Made by a program: the position numbers and the translations under genes. From Vicinamibacteria bacterium (GTDB lineage: Bacteria > Acidobacteriota > Vicinamibacteria > Marinacidobacterales > Marinacidobacteraceae), in assembly GCA_963668695.2 (NCBI GenBank), contig CAXXLQ010000004.1, positions 3,744,001 to 3,808,000 on the forward strand: a stretch of DNA of 64,000 nt, written 5' to 3'. This document shows, in pieces, positions 18,201 to 27,862 of the stretch. Under the pieces are notes generated by a model, which saw nothing but the letters and a program-made list of their open reading frames with translations, did no database searches and was not told the DNA's origin. Numbering within the stretch: the first letter of the stretch is position 1; the number at the start of each line of letters is the position of its first letter.

Positions 18201-21200
18201 AAATCGGAGACCGCCGCGTAGTCGCCGCCGGAAGCCGCCGAGTCGTTGGCGCTACCGACCGAAACCGTCACTACGGTCGCTTCGTTGCGGGCGCCCTGGT
18301 CCAGTTTCGCCGTCACCGTGACGATGGTCGCCGCATCGTCTTCCGAGATCTGCCCCGGGTTCACCGATAGCGCCACCGAACTGGACGGGGAATCGCCGTC
18401 GTTCAGCACGAGCTCCGCCGGCTCCACCGTCAGCCCCCGGGACCGGCCGTGCACGGTGATCTGCTCCGCGCCCTCAAAGATCCGGTCGTCGATCGGGATC
18501 AGCGTGAAGCTCTCGCTGCCACGCCGGGATCCTGCCGGGATCGTGACCACAAAATCGGAGACCGCCGCGTAGTCGCCGCCGGAAGCCGCCGAATCGTCCC
18601 CGCCGCCGACCGAAACCGTCACTACGGTCGCTTCGTTGCGGGCGCCCTGGTCCAGTTTCGCCGTCACCGTGACGGTGGTCGCCGCATCGTCTTCCGAGAT
18701 CTGCCCCGGGTTCACCGATAGCGCCACCGAACTGGACGGGGAATCGCCGTCGTTCAGCATGAGCTCCGCCGGCTCCACCGTCAGCCCCCGGGACCGGCCG
18801 TGCACGGTGATCTGCTCCGCGCCCTCAAAGATCCGGTCGTCGATCGGGATCAGCGTGAAGCTCTCGCTGCCACGCCGGGATCCTGCCGGGATCGTGACCA
18901 CAAAATCGGAGACCGCCGCGTAGTCGCCGCCGGAAGCCGCCGAGTCGTCCCCGCCGCCGACCGAAACCGTCACTACGGTCGCTTCGTTGCGGGCGCCCTG
19001 GTCCAGTTTCGCCGTCACCGTGACGGTGGTCGCCGCATCGTCTTCCGAGATCTGCTCCGGGTTCACCGATAGCGCCACCGAGCTGGACGGGGAATCGCCG
19101 TCGTTCAGCACGAGCTCCGCCGGCTCCACCGTCAGTCCCTCGGACCGGCCGTGCACGGTGATCTGCTCCGCGCCCTCAGAGATCCGGTCGTCGATCGGGG
19201 TCAGCGTGAAGCTCTCGCTGCCACGCCGGGATCCCGCCGGGATCGTGACCACAAAATCGGAGACCGCCGCGTAGTCGACGCTGGAAGCCGCCGAGTCGTT
19301 GGCGCTACCGACCGAAACCGTCACTACGGTCGCTTCGTTGCGGGCGCCCTGGTCCAGTTTCGCCGTCACCGTGACGGTGGTCGCCGCATCGTCTTCCGAG
19401 ATCTGCTCCGGGTTCACCGATAGCGCCACCGAGCTGGACGGGGAATCGCCGTCGTTCAGCACGAGCTCCGCCGGCTCCACCGTCAGTCCCTCGGACCGGC
19501 CGTGCACGGTGATCTGCTCCGCGCCCTCAAAGATCCGGTCGTCGATCGGGGTCAGCGTGAAGCTCTCGCTGCCACGCCGGGATCCCGCCGGGATCGTGAC
19601 CACAAAATCGGAGACCGCCGCGTAGTCGACGCTGGAAGCCGCCGAATCGTCCGCGCCGCCGACCGAAACCGTCACTACGGTCGCTTCGTTGCGGGCGCCC
19701 TGGTCCAGTTTCGCCGTCACCGTGACGGTGGTCGCCGCATCGTCTTCCGAGATCTGCTCCGGGTTCACCGATAGCGCCACCGAACTGGACGGGGAATCGC
19801 CGTCGTTCAGCACGAGCTCCGCCGGCTCCACCGTCAGTCCCTCGGACCGGCCGTCCACGGTGATCTGCTCCGCGCCCTCAGAGATCCGGTCGTCGATCGG
19901 GGTCAGCGTGAAGCTCTCGCTGCCACGCCGGGATCCCGCCGGGATCGTGACCACAAAATCGGAGACCGCCGCGTAGTCGCCGCCGGAAGCCGCCGAGTCG
20001 TTGGCGCTACCGACCGAAACCGTCACTACGGTCGCTTCGTTGCGGGCGCCCTGGTCCAGTTTCGCCGTCACCGTGACGGTGGTCGCCGCATCGTCTTCCG
20101 AGATCTGCTCCGGGTTCACCGATAGCGCCACCGAGCTGGACGGGGAATCGCCGTCGTTCAGCACGAGCTCCGCCGGCTCCACCGTCAGTCCCTCGGACCG
20201 GCCGTCCACGGTGATCTGCTCCGCGCCCTCAGAGATCCGGTCGTCGATCGGGGTCAGCGTGAAGCTCTCGCTGCCACGCCGGGATCCCGCCGGGATCGTG
20301 ACCACAAAATCGGAGACCGCCGCGTAGTCGCCGCCGGAAGCCGCCGAGTCGTTGGCGCTACCGACCGAAACCGTCACTACGGTCGCTTCGTTGCGGGCGC
20401 CCTGGTCCAGTTTCGCCGTCACCGTGACGGTGGTCGCCGCATCGTCTTCCGAGATCTGCTCCGGGTTCACCGATAGCGCCACCGAGCTGGACGGGGAATC
20501 GCCGTCGTTCAGCACGAGCTCCGCCGGCTCCACCGTCAGTCCCTCGGACCGGCCGTGCACGGTGATCTGTTCCGCGCCCTCAGAGATCCGGTCGTCGATC
20601 GGGGTCAGCGTGAAGCTTCCGCTGCCACGCCGGGATCCCGCCGGGATCGTGACCACAAAATCGGAGACCGCCGCGTAGTCGACGCTGGAAGCCGCCGAGT
20701 CGTTGGCGCTACCGACCGAAACCGTCACTACGGTCGCTTCCTTGCGGGCGCCCTGGTCCAGTTCCGCCGTCACCGTGACGGTGGTCACCGCATCGTCTTC
20801 CGAGATCTGCTCCGGGTTCACCGATAGCGCCACCGCACTGGAAGCCAGATCGTCGTCGTTCAGCACGAGGGTCGCCGGCTCCACGGTCAGCCCCCGGGAC
20901 CGGCCGTCCACGGTGATCTGCTCCGGACCCTCGGCAATGTCGTCGTTGTTCGGCATCACGCGAACGACGGTCGTCGCGCTCTCCTCGCCCGCGGGAATGA
21001 CCAACAGGCTGTCCCCGACCGCCCGGTAGTCGACGCCACTGACGGCTGCGTCGCCGGTGGCGCCGAACCGGATCGAAACACTCGTGTCCTTGCCCAGCAT
21101 GCCGCCGAACAGTTGCGCGGTGAGCGCAACCTCGTGAGCACCGCCTTCCTCCGAAATCGCCACCGGATCCAACAACAGCACCACCGAACTGGGCGGGGAA

Positions 21201-24200
21201 TCGCCATCGTCGTTCAGCACGAGCTCCGCCGGCTCCACGAGGAGCCCCCCGAACACGCCGTGCACGGTGATCCTCTCCGCGTCCTCCGCGATCTGGTCGT
21301 CGATCGGGGTCAGCGTGAAGCTCTCGCTGCCACGCCGGGATCCCGCCGGGATCGTGACCACGAATTCGGAGACCGCCGCGTAGTCGGCGCCGGAAGCCGC
21401 CGAGTCGTTGGCGCTACCGACCGAAACCGTCACCGCGGTCGCTTCCTTGCGGGCGCCCTGGTCCAGTTCCGCCGTCACCGTGACGGTGGTCGCCGCATCG
21501 TCTTCCGAGATCTGCTCCGGGTTCACCGATAGCGCCACCGAACTGGACGCGGAATCGCCGTCGTTCAGCACGAGGATCGCCGGCTCCACGGGCAGCCCCC
21601 GGGACACGCCGTGCACGGTGATCCGCTCCGGACCCTCGGCAATGTCGTCGTTATTCGGCATCACGCGAACGACGGTCGTCGCGCTCTCCTCGCCCGCGGG
21701 AATGACCACCAGGCTGTCCACGATCGCCCGGTAGTCGACGCCACTGACGGCTGCGTCGCCGGTGGCGCCGAACCGGATCGAAACACTCGTGTCCTTGCCC
21801 AGCATGCCGCCGAACAGTTGCGCGGTGAGCGCAACCTCGTGAGCACCGCCTTCCTCCGAAATCGCCACCGGATCCAACAACAGCACCACCGAACTGGGCG
21901 GGGAATCGCCATCGTCGTTCAGCACGAGCTCCGCCGGCTCCACGAGGAGCCCCCCGAACACGCCGTGCACGGTGATCCTCTCCGCGTCCTCCGCGATCTC
22001 GTCGTCGATCGGGGTCAGCGTGAAGCTTTCGCTGCCACGCCGGGATCCCGCCGGGATCGTGACCACAAAATCGGAAACCGCCGCGTAGTCGACGCCGGGA
22101 GCCGCCCAGTCGTTGGCGCTACCGACTGAAACCGCCACCGCGGTCGCTTCCTTGCGGGCGCCCTGGTCCAGTTCCGCCGTCACCGTGACGGTGGTCGCCG
22201 CATCGTCTTCCGAGATCTGCTCCGGGTTCACCGATAGCGCCACCGAACTGGAAGCCGGATCGTCGTCGTTCAGCACGAGCTCCACCGGCTCCACGAGGAG
22301 CCCCCCGAACACGCCGTGCACGGTGATCCTCTCCGCGTCCTCCGCGATCTCGTCGTCGATCGGGGTCAGCGTGAAGCTTTCGCTGCCACGCCGGGATCCC
22401 GCCGGGATCGTGACCACAAAATCGGAGACCGCCGCGTAGTCGACGCCGGATGCCGCCGAGTCGTTGGCGCTACCAACCGAAACCGTCACCACGGTCGCTT
22501 CCTTGCGGGCGCCCTGGTCCAGTTCCGCCGTCACCGTGACGGTGGTCGCCGCATCGTCTTCCGAGATCTGCTCCGGGTTCACCGACAGCGCCACCGAACT
22601 GGAAGTCGGATCGCCGTCGTTCAGCACGAGCTCCGCCGGCTCCACGATGAACCCCTCGAACACGCCGTGCACGGTGATCCTCTCCGCGTCCTCCACGATC
22701 TCGTCGTCGATCGGGGTCAGCGTGAAGCTCTCGCTGCCATGCCGGGATCCCGCCGGGATCGTGACCACAAAATCGGAGACCGCCGCGTAGTCGACGCCGG
22801 ATGCCGCCGCGTCGTCCGCGCTACCGACCGAAACCGTCACCGCGGTCGCTTCCTTGCGGGCGCCCTGGTCCAGTTCCGCCGTCACCGTGACGGTGGTCGC
22901 CGCATCGTCTTCCGAGATCTGCTCCGGGTTCACCGACAGCGCCACCGAACTGGAAGCCGGATCGTCGTCGTTCAGCACGAGCTCCGCCGGCTCCACGATG
23001 AGCCCCTCGAACACGCCGTGCACGGTGATCCTCTCCGCGTCCTCCGCGATCTCGTCGTCGATCGGGGTCAGCGTGAAGCTTTCGCTGCCACGCCGGGATC
23101 CCGCCGGGATCGTGACCACAAAATCGGAGACCGCCGCGTAGTCGACGCCGGAAGCCGCCGCGTCGTCCGCGCTACCGACCGAAACCGTCACCGCGGTCGC
23201 TTCCTTGCGGGCGCCCTGGTCCAGTTCCGCCGTCACCGTGACGGTGGTCGCCGCATCGTCTTCCGAGATCTGCTCCGGGTTCACCGACAGCGCCACCGCA
23301 CTGGAAGCCGGATCGTCGTCGTTCAGCACGAGCTCGGCCGGCTCCACGATGAGATCCTCGAACACCCCGTGCACGGTGATCCTCTCCGCGTCCTCCGCGA
23401 TCTCGTCGTCGATCGGGGTCAGCGTGAAGCTCTCGCTGCCATGCCGGGATCCCTCCGGGATCGTGACCACGAATTCGGAGACCGCCGCGTAGTCGACGCC
23501 GGATGCCGCCGCGTCGCCCGCGCTACCAACCGAAACCGTCACCACGGTCGCTTCCTTGCGGGCGCTCAGCAGTTCCGCCGTCACCGTGACGGTGGTCGCC
23601 GCATCGTCTTCCGAGATCTGCTCCGGGTTCACCGACAGCGCCACCGAGATGGGTGAGGAATCGCCATCGTCGTTCAGGACGAGTTCCGCCGGCTCCACGA
23701 TGAGCCCCTCGAACACGCCGTGCACGGTGATCCTCTCCGCGTCCTCCGCGATCTCGTCGTCGATCGGGGTCAGCGTGAAGCTCTCGCTGCCATGCCGGGA
23801 TCCCGCCGGGATCGTGACCACGAAATCGGAGACCGCCGCGTAGTCGGCGCCGGAAGCCGCCGAATCGTCCGCGCCGCCGACCGAAACCGTCACTACGGTC
23901 GCTTCCTTGCGGGCGCCCTGGTCCAGTTTCGCCGTCACCGTGACGGTGGTCGCCGCATCGTCTTCCGAGATCTGCTCCGGGTTCACCGACAGCGCCACCG
24001 AACTGGAAGCCGGATCGTCGTCGTTCAGCACGAGCTCCGCCGGCTCCACGATGAGCCCCTCGAACACGCCGTGCACGGTGATCCTCTCCGCGTCCTCCGC
24101 GATCTCGTCGTCGATCGGGGTCAGCGTGAAGCTCTCGCTGCCATGCCGGGATCCCGCCGGGATCGTGACCACAAAATCGGAGACCGCCGCGTAGTCGACG

Positions 24201-25600
24201 CCGGATGCCGCCGCGTCGTCCGCGCTACCGACCGAAACCGTCACCGCGGTCGCTTCCTTGCGGGCGCCCTGGTCCAGTTCCGCCGTCACCGTGACGGTGG
24301 TCGCCGCATCGTCTTCCGAGATCTGCTCCGGGTTCACCGACAGCGCCACCGAGATGGGTGAGGAATCGCCATCGTCGTTCAGGACGAGCTCCGCCGGCTC
24401 CACGATGAGCCCCTCGAACACGCCGTGCACGGTGATCCTCTCCGCGTCCTCCGCGATCTCGTCGTCGATCGGGGTCAGCGTGAAGCTTCCGCTGCCACGC
24501 CGGGATCCCGCCGGGATCGTGACCACAAAATCGGAAACCGCCGCGTAATCGACGCCGGGTGCCCCCGCGTCGTCCGCACTACCGACCGAAACCGTCACCG
24601 CGGTCGCTTCCTTGCGGGCGCCCTGGTCCAGTTCCGCCGTCACCGTGACGGTGGTCGCCGCATCGTCTTCCGAGATCTGCTCCGGGTTCACCGACAGCGC
24701 CACCGCACTGGACGGGGAATCGTCGTCGTTCAGCACGAGCTCCGTCGGCTCCACGGGGAGATCGAGATGCTCGAACACGCCGTGCACGGTGATCCTCTCC
24801 GCGTCCTCCGCGATCTCGTCGTCGATCGGGGTCAGCGTGAAGCTTTCGCTGCCACGCCGGGATCCCGCCGGGATCGTGACCACAAAATCGGAAACCGCCG
24901 CGTAGTCGACGCCGGGAGCCGCCCAGTCGTTGGCGCTACCGACCGAAACCGTCACCGCGGTCGCTTCCTTGCGGGCGCCCTGGTCCAGTTCCGCCGTCAC
25001 CGTGACGGTGGTCGCCGCATCGTCTTCCGAGATCTGCTCCGGGTTCACCGACAGCGCCACCGCAAACAACTGCGATCGGGCAGCCGAATCGCCGTCATTC
25101 AGCACGAACTCCGCCCGCGCGTCACCCTCCCCATTGAGAGCAGGGTCATAGTCCTCAAGACTCGAGGTCGGGAGGCCCGTCAACCCCGGCGCAACCCGCG
25201 TTTCCGCGGCCGAAACCGCCGTATTCGCCGTCGAGAGCAGCAAGGCCGCGAATTGGATCGCGCAGAAGAACCTCAGTACAACGCCGCAGACTTGGGCACT
25301 GCGACCGCCCCGCAATCCGCCCGGACAGGACCTCGCGCCAGCACTCCCGCCCGGCAGCGGTCCGGCGGGTTCGTCGCCGTCCGCACCGCGCCAGCCTCGG
25401 ACTCCCGGGAATGGAACCACGACTCCGCGCGGCTCACCGCCGAACTCTCGCGCGCTTGCCGCCCGCGCGATGCGCGGGTCACTGCCGGGTCCGACAGGCT
25501 TCCCGCCGGCGTTCCCGTTTCGGGCACGCCAAGGGCTTGATTCAAAGATCTGTCGGACGAACCGCAGGCAAATCTGGAAGGGACGTTGGGGATATGGCAT
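15299..25600 (-). CDS. Giant Calx-beta repeat autotransporter / adhesin (3433 aa; start uncertain)
   Basis: 20 tandem ~117-aa Calx-beta-like repeats (SVNPEQISEDD...DYAAV...TLTPIDD..AE..E.I.V.G...L.DDD), 4 divergent Calx-beta domains, then a linker (WITRFGRSVA) and beta-barrel (GLRYDAGDAETGLGLEVG). Confidence 0.9.
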   Translation of the reverse strand: MPYPQRPFQICLRFVRQIFESSPWRARNGNAGGKPVGPGSDPRIARAASAREFGGEPRGVVVPFPGVRGWRGADGDEPAGPLPGGSAGARSCPGGLRGGRSAQVCGVVLRFFCAIQFAALLLSTANTAVSAAETRVAPGLTGLPTSSLEDYDPALNGEGDARAEFVLNDGDSAARSQLFAVALSVNPEQISEDDAATTVTVTAELDQGARKEATAVTVSVGSANDWAAPGVDYAAVSDFVVTIPAGSRRGSESFTLTPIDDEIAEDAERITVHGVFEHLDLPVEPTELVLNDDDSPSSAVALSVNPEQISEDDAATTVTVTAELDQGARKEATAVTVSVGSADDAGAPGVDYAAVSDFVVTIPAGSRRGSGSFTLTPIDDEIAEDAERITVHGVFEGLIVEPAELVLNDDGDSSPISVALSVNPEQISEDDAATTVTVTAELDQGARKEATAVTVSVGSADDAAASGVDYAAVSDFVVTIPAGSRHGSESFTLTPIDDEIAEDAERITVHGVFEGLIVEPAELVLNDDDPASSSVALSVNPEQISEDDAATTVTVTAKLDQGARKEATVVTVSVGGADDSAASGADYAAVSDFVVTIPAGSRHGSESFTLTPIDDEIAEDAERITVHGVFEGLIVEPAELVLNDDGDSSPISVALSVNPEQISEDDAATTVTVTAELLSARKEATVVTVSVGSAGDAAASGVDYAAVSEFVVTIPEGSRHGSESFTLTPIDDEIAEDAERITVHGVFEDLIVEPAELVLNDDDPASSAVALSVNPEQISEDDAATTVTVTAELDQGARKEATAVTVSVGSADDAAASGVDYAAVSDFVVTIPAGSRRGSESFTLTPIDDEIAEDAERITVHGVFEGLIVEPAELVLNDDDPASSSVALSVNPEQISEDDAATTVTVTAELDQGARKEATAVTVSVGSADDAAASGVDYAAVSDFVVTIPAGSRHGSESFTLTPIDDEIVEDAERITVHGVFEGFIVEPAELVLNDGDPTSSSVALSVNPEQISEDDAATTVTVTAELDQGARKEATVVTVSVGSANDSAASGVDYAAVSDFVVTIPAGSRRGSESFTLTPIDDEIAEDAERITVHGVFGGLLVEPVELVLNDDDPASSSVALSVNPEQISEDDAATTVTVTAELDQGARKEATAVAVSVGSANDWAAPGVDYAAVSDFVVTIPAGSRRGSESFTLTPIDDEIAEDAERITVHGVFGGLLVEPAELVLNDDGDSPPSSVVLLLDPVAISEEGGAHEVALTAQLFGGMLGKDTSVSIRFGATGDAAVSGVDYRAIVDSLVVIPAGEESATTVVRVMPNNDDIAEGPERITVHGVSRGLPVEPAILVLNDGDSASSSVALSVNPEQISEDDAATTVTVTAELDQGARKEATAVTVSVGSANDSAASGADYAAVSEFVVTIPAGSRRGSESFTLTPIDDQIAEDAERITVHGVFGGLLVEPAELVLNDDGDSPPSSVVLLLDPVAISEEGGAHEVALTAQLFGGMLGKDTSVSIRFGATGDAAVSGVDYRAVGDSLLVIPAGEESATTVVRVMPNNDDIAEGPEQITVDGRSRGLTVEPATLVLNDDDLASSAVALSVNPEQISEDDAVTTVTVTAELDQGARKEATVVTVSVGSANDSAASSVDYAAVSDFVVTIPAGSRRGSGSFTLTPIDDRISEGAEQITVHGRSEGLTVEPAELVLNDGDSPSSSVALSVNPEQISEDDAATTVTVTAKLDQGARNEATVVTVSVGSANDSAASGGDYAAVSDFVVTIPAGSRRGSESFTLTPIDDRISEGAEQITVDGRSEGLTVEPAELVLNDGDSPSSSVALSVNPEQISEDDAATTVTVTAKLDQGARNEATVVTVSVGSANDSAASGGDYAAVSDFVVTIPAGSRRGSESFTLTPIDDRISEGAEQITVDGRSEGLTVEPAELVLNDGDSPSSSVALSVNPEQISEDDAATTVTVTAKLDQGARNEATVVTVSVGGADDSAASSVDYAAVSDFVVTIPAGSRRGSESFTLTPIDDRIFEGAEQITVHGRSEGLTVEPAELVLNDGDSPSSSVALSVNPEQISEDDAATTVTVTAKLDQGARNEATVVTVSVGSANDSAASSVDYAAVSDFVVTIPAGSRRGSESFTLTPIDDRISEGAEQITVHGRSEGLTVEPAELVLNDGDSPSSSVALSVNPEQISEDDAATTVTVTAKLDQGARNEATVVTVSVGGGDDSAASGGDYAAVSDFVVTIPAGSRRGSESFTLIPIDDRIFEGAEQITVHGRSRGLTVEPAELMLNDGDSPSSSVALSVNPGQISEDDAATTVTVTAKLDQGARNEATVVTVSVGGGDDSAASGGDYAAVSDFVVTIPAGSRRGSESFTLIPIDDRIFEGAEQITVHGRSRGLTVEPAELVLNDGDSPSSSVALSVNPGQISEDDAATIVTVTAKLDQGARNEATVVTVSVGSANDSAASGGDYAAVSDFVVTIPAGSRRGSGSFTLTPIDDQIAEDAERITVHGTASGFAVEPATLRLTDDDGDIEPPVVPTEIRILDSRAREGAGIMRFSVRLDKAPSASIAVDWGTQPLAFGPKSADEDVDYLRAFGTLVIPSGQTSGRITVHLRDDLLDEFDERFQVVLFGASAGEIADDIAVGTIMDDDDPELRIADEHASESAGWLEFAVSLSAPSVQVIEGRIATSDVTATAGQDYEPVEAVFQISPGRQIHTVRVRVSNDSLDEDDETFVLAVTNVRNAVVADGEAEGTIEDDDALPTLHTADESAAEDNGELAFQVWLNVRSGRSVRVDYRTSELTAGDGEDFEGASGTVEFLPGELSKRIAVRLLDDELDEADETFELALSAPANAIVEVPRAVGTIEDDDVEPSLRMEDARASENAGTIGFSATLEAVAGRDLRYSYWTTDAEALAGEDYEGRRAEFVIPAGATTAILAVPLVDDAFDEAEETFLVSLNNPREAGIGTITCIGTIEDDDGNERAARMWITRFGRSVATQVMESVEDRMDDGSRGSRLSLGLDPMPTLFQVASRDTLGQSWSDVRERANGLFGLDGRELLERGAFLVQPGADSGQQPRGWAFWGRGATLRFAGEEDGISVNGDVFTTTVGMDYRRGRTLAGFALSNSLGTGGFEVAGSERNGSTRAGVADSRISILSPYVSVPLGERVSVWGLGGYGIGTMSLAAEDGKSDLSMRLGAIGARGNLWPGMGGSRLQLALKADMFWTRVDAGATAVRPASTGLVSRGRVLAEGSWRLGSLWGGEITPILEAGLRYDAGDAETGLGLEVGSGFRYRHPTRGLSVELTGRTLAVHQDKAYREWGIGGTVRIDPGDDRRGLSLSLASSHGQALSGVNRLWNGRSPLVPGTQFAAGGSARLEGEVGYGFGGFAIGSLTPYAGVALQEDASRAFRLGSRLQLGSSLQLSVEGSRRLGSFTGPDHAFVIRGHLR
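18041..25065 (-). repeat. Array of 20 near-identical ~351-bp coding repeats (18 type A, 2 type B)
   Basis: Marker GGGTTCACCGA recurs at ~351-bp spacing. Type B units (VVLLLDPVAISEEGG) occur near 21165 and 21870. Confidence 0.92.
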
Positions 25601-26351
25601 TTCGCCGTGCCTCGCTTGTTTTGGATTGTTGGGAAGATCTAGTCAGATCTTTGTGAACCGCAACTTTACCCAAAGCACAACAACAACACAAACTGTCAAG
25701 ATTGGTTTTCCATAACACGGCGCCTCCCCGATCTGCCGGCTGCCGCCCAACCACAAACTTCTGACTCGCAAGGCAAGCCAGTCCCAATGACCAAACGAAC
25801 TCGTTGATATAAGGGCCTATTCCGCCATCTCATCGATGACCGCTACCGCTGTTTCCGGACATGCCGAAACACAAATCCACCGGCCGTTCGGCCTTATGTT
25901 TCTCTCAAGAACAGTTGGTGACACCAAGTTCACCAACTTCCCGCAGCTTGCGCCGGGCGGACGAGAACTCAGCCGATTCGCTGCCGAACGCCGCGACGCC
26001 GGTTTTTCTCCACCCCCTGCCCGGCCATCTCCCACGCCTTCGAAACGTGCCTGGGCTCCCCGGCAAGAGACCTCCTCTCGGCTGTCCGCCTCCCGGCGGG
26101 GCCGGGACATCTTCGACTCCGATTGGGAGCGACGACGCGCCACCGAGGAGGGCTAAACACCGCATGGGAGGCGATTCGCATGGGTGTTCGGGTACCTGCG
26201 TAGCGGCGCAGACCGAAATGGGCAGGGGGCGGCCGAATATGTGGATCCCGCAACGGCGGACCGGTGGGGACGGCGGAACTGCTGGTGACCCGGAAGGGAG
26301 CGATCCTGGGCGGCGGCGGGATCGCCGCGGCGCTCCTGAGTCGGCTCCTGG

Positions 26352-26530
26352 CAGCCTGTGGTGAAACCCACGTGAGCGCCGAGGCCGGTGAGGCGCCCGG
26401 CTGACAAGGCGCGTGAGGGAGGAATACCGGGTGTATTTCGACCGAAACGCAACGCAGAACGCAGCGAAGCGGAGTGGTTCAGCCGGGATGGATCGCCGGT
26501 CGAACGCCGCGTGGGTTTTGCCACCGGCTG
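26352..26530 (+). mobile_element. MITE family A, copy 2 (179 bp)
   Basis: CAGCCTGTGG...CCACCGGCTG with CTGG duplicated on both sides. Reverse complement of copy 1 with few differences. Confidence 0.88.
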
Positions 26531-26685
26531 CTGGGTCGGCGCCACATCGTGAACATCCGGGGCACGCCTGTCGGATGGGCAGGGCGCTTCATCGGGCACC
26601 GGCGAGAAAGGAACCCGGAGCAGGCTGAGGCAGAGGAGCCAGCTCCCTGAGCCACCAAGGGCAGTTGTCGCAGAACTCGTCCGTG

Positions 26686-26952
26686 CGCCTGTCAGACGTT
26701 CCCGTTCGGGAGGGTAGAGACCCAGTCAGGAAGGGAAGCGCGGCCGGCGCGGCAAAGGGCCTCGGCGGTGGTGACCTGCCGGGCGAGCCGCTGCCGAGGG
26801 AGAACCCGCGGGCTGCGTTTCAGGGTGGGAAGTTGCTTACGGGATTCAGAAGCCGCTGGCCGAGCGGGTGTTGAACGCGGCAACGGAGGCACGCGTTTTT
26901 CGGGCTGGGAGGAGGTCGGGTCGGGGAGCCACCGGACCGGTCACAACCGGGA
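26686..26952 (+). pseudogene. IS256 left end and decayed transposase 5' part
   Basis: CCTGTCAGACGTTCCCGTTCGGGAGGG resembles the IS256 end at 27863. DNA similarity to the QKSLAERAL...GNHRNGHNR segment of the downstream copy. Confidence 0.6.
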
Positions 26953-27790
26953 TGTTGGCGGCCTTTGAAAGAGTCGCACTTCTGGGCGGCCAAAATGTCT
27001 CACTCGGCTTTGGAAGAACGGTGAGCACGGAGATTGTCCAAGGGTGCGCCTTGGGCTAATCGACGGGCCGGGTCCATTGCGATGCGCGGCTCCCCGGAGA
27101 GGGGGGGCCATGCACGACAGAGACAAGCGGGGTGCTTCTGCGGCGGCATCTGGAAGACGGGCTGAGTAAGAAAGCGATCCGTCGGAAGCTGGGGGTTGGT
27201 CTTGCGACGTCTATCGCTGGATCGAGCGGGGGGAGGCAACCCGGGAACGAGGTGGAGAGGCCCTGCGCCATGGGCCGCAGCATTCGGTGATTTCGGTTTT
27301 GGATCCGCACCAGGGTGTGATCGCGGCGCGTCTCGAGGAGTATCCGGAGTCGAGCGCGAATCGCCTGTTCCGGGAGATTCAGGAGCTGGGTATCCGGGGG
27401 GGCTATGGCTAGGTGAAGCGTGACCTGTTGGTGGAGCGGGCGCGTCCGGAGGTGGAGCCGGTGGTGCGCTTTGAGACGGCGCCGGGGCAGCAGGGTCGGG
27501 GGGACTTCGCGAAGGTGCTGTTGCCCTGGGGTCGGCGGCAGGTTCTCGCGGTGGTGTTGGGCTCCTCGCGGCTGCTGTGGTTCCGGTGCTGCGAGCGGCA
27601 GACAATGTGGACGCTGACCCGGGGTTTGGGGGAGGCGTTCGCGTATTTCGCCGGGGTTCCGAAGGAGCTGTTGTTCGACCAGATGAAAGTCGGTGGTGGT
27701 GGACCGCCGCGATTCGGGAGGCGGGGTGCTGCAAGAACCGGGAGTTCGAGCGGTTCGTGGCTCACCGCGACTTTCGGGTGAAGGTGCCTG
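26953..27790 (+). pseudogene. IS21-family remnant (istA pseudogene)
   Basis: TG-start end with reiterated GGCGGCC...TC(G/T)CACT motifs. Fragments GLSKKAIRRKLG and VRFETAPGQQGRGDF...VLGSSR...FAGVPKELLFDQMK. Confidence 0.8.
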
Positions 27791-27862
27791 ACGCTGCGGA
27801 AGATCAAGGGGAAGTGGCGGCGGCCGGCGGCGTTGTGGCCGCAGGCGCGCGCCGAGTTCGCG

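Noticed and set aside
17900-25540. Many repeated plus-strand ORFs (MHGDLLR..., MRAPWSS..., MALPTET...)
   Set aside because: They are antisense shadows of the Calx-beta repeat array.
25601-26350. Short ORFs upstream of the adhesin
   Set aside because: No recognisable motifs. The AT-richer part (25620-25820) is probably promoter DNA, but no specific site can be supported.
26413-26628. Recurrent small ORF MREEYRVYFDRNATQ (also at 5543, ~38760 and ~60280)
   Set aside because: It is a translation of the MITE core. Frames and lengths differ between copies and no coding conservation is evident.
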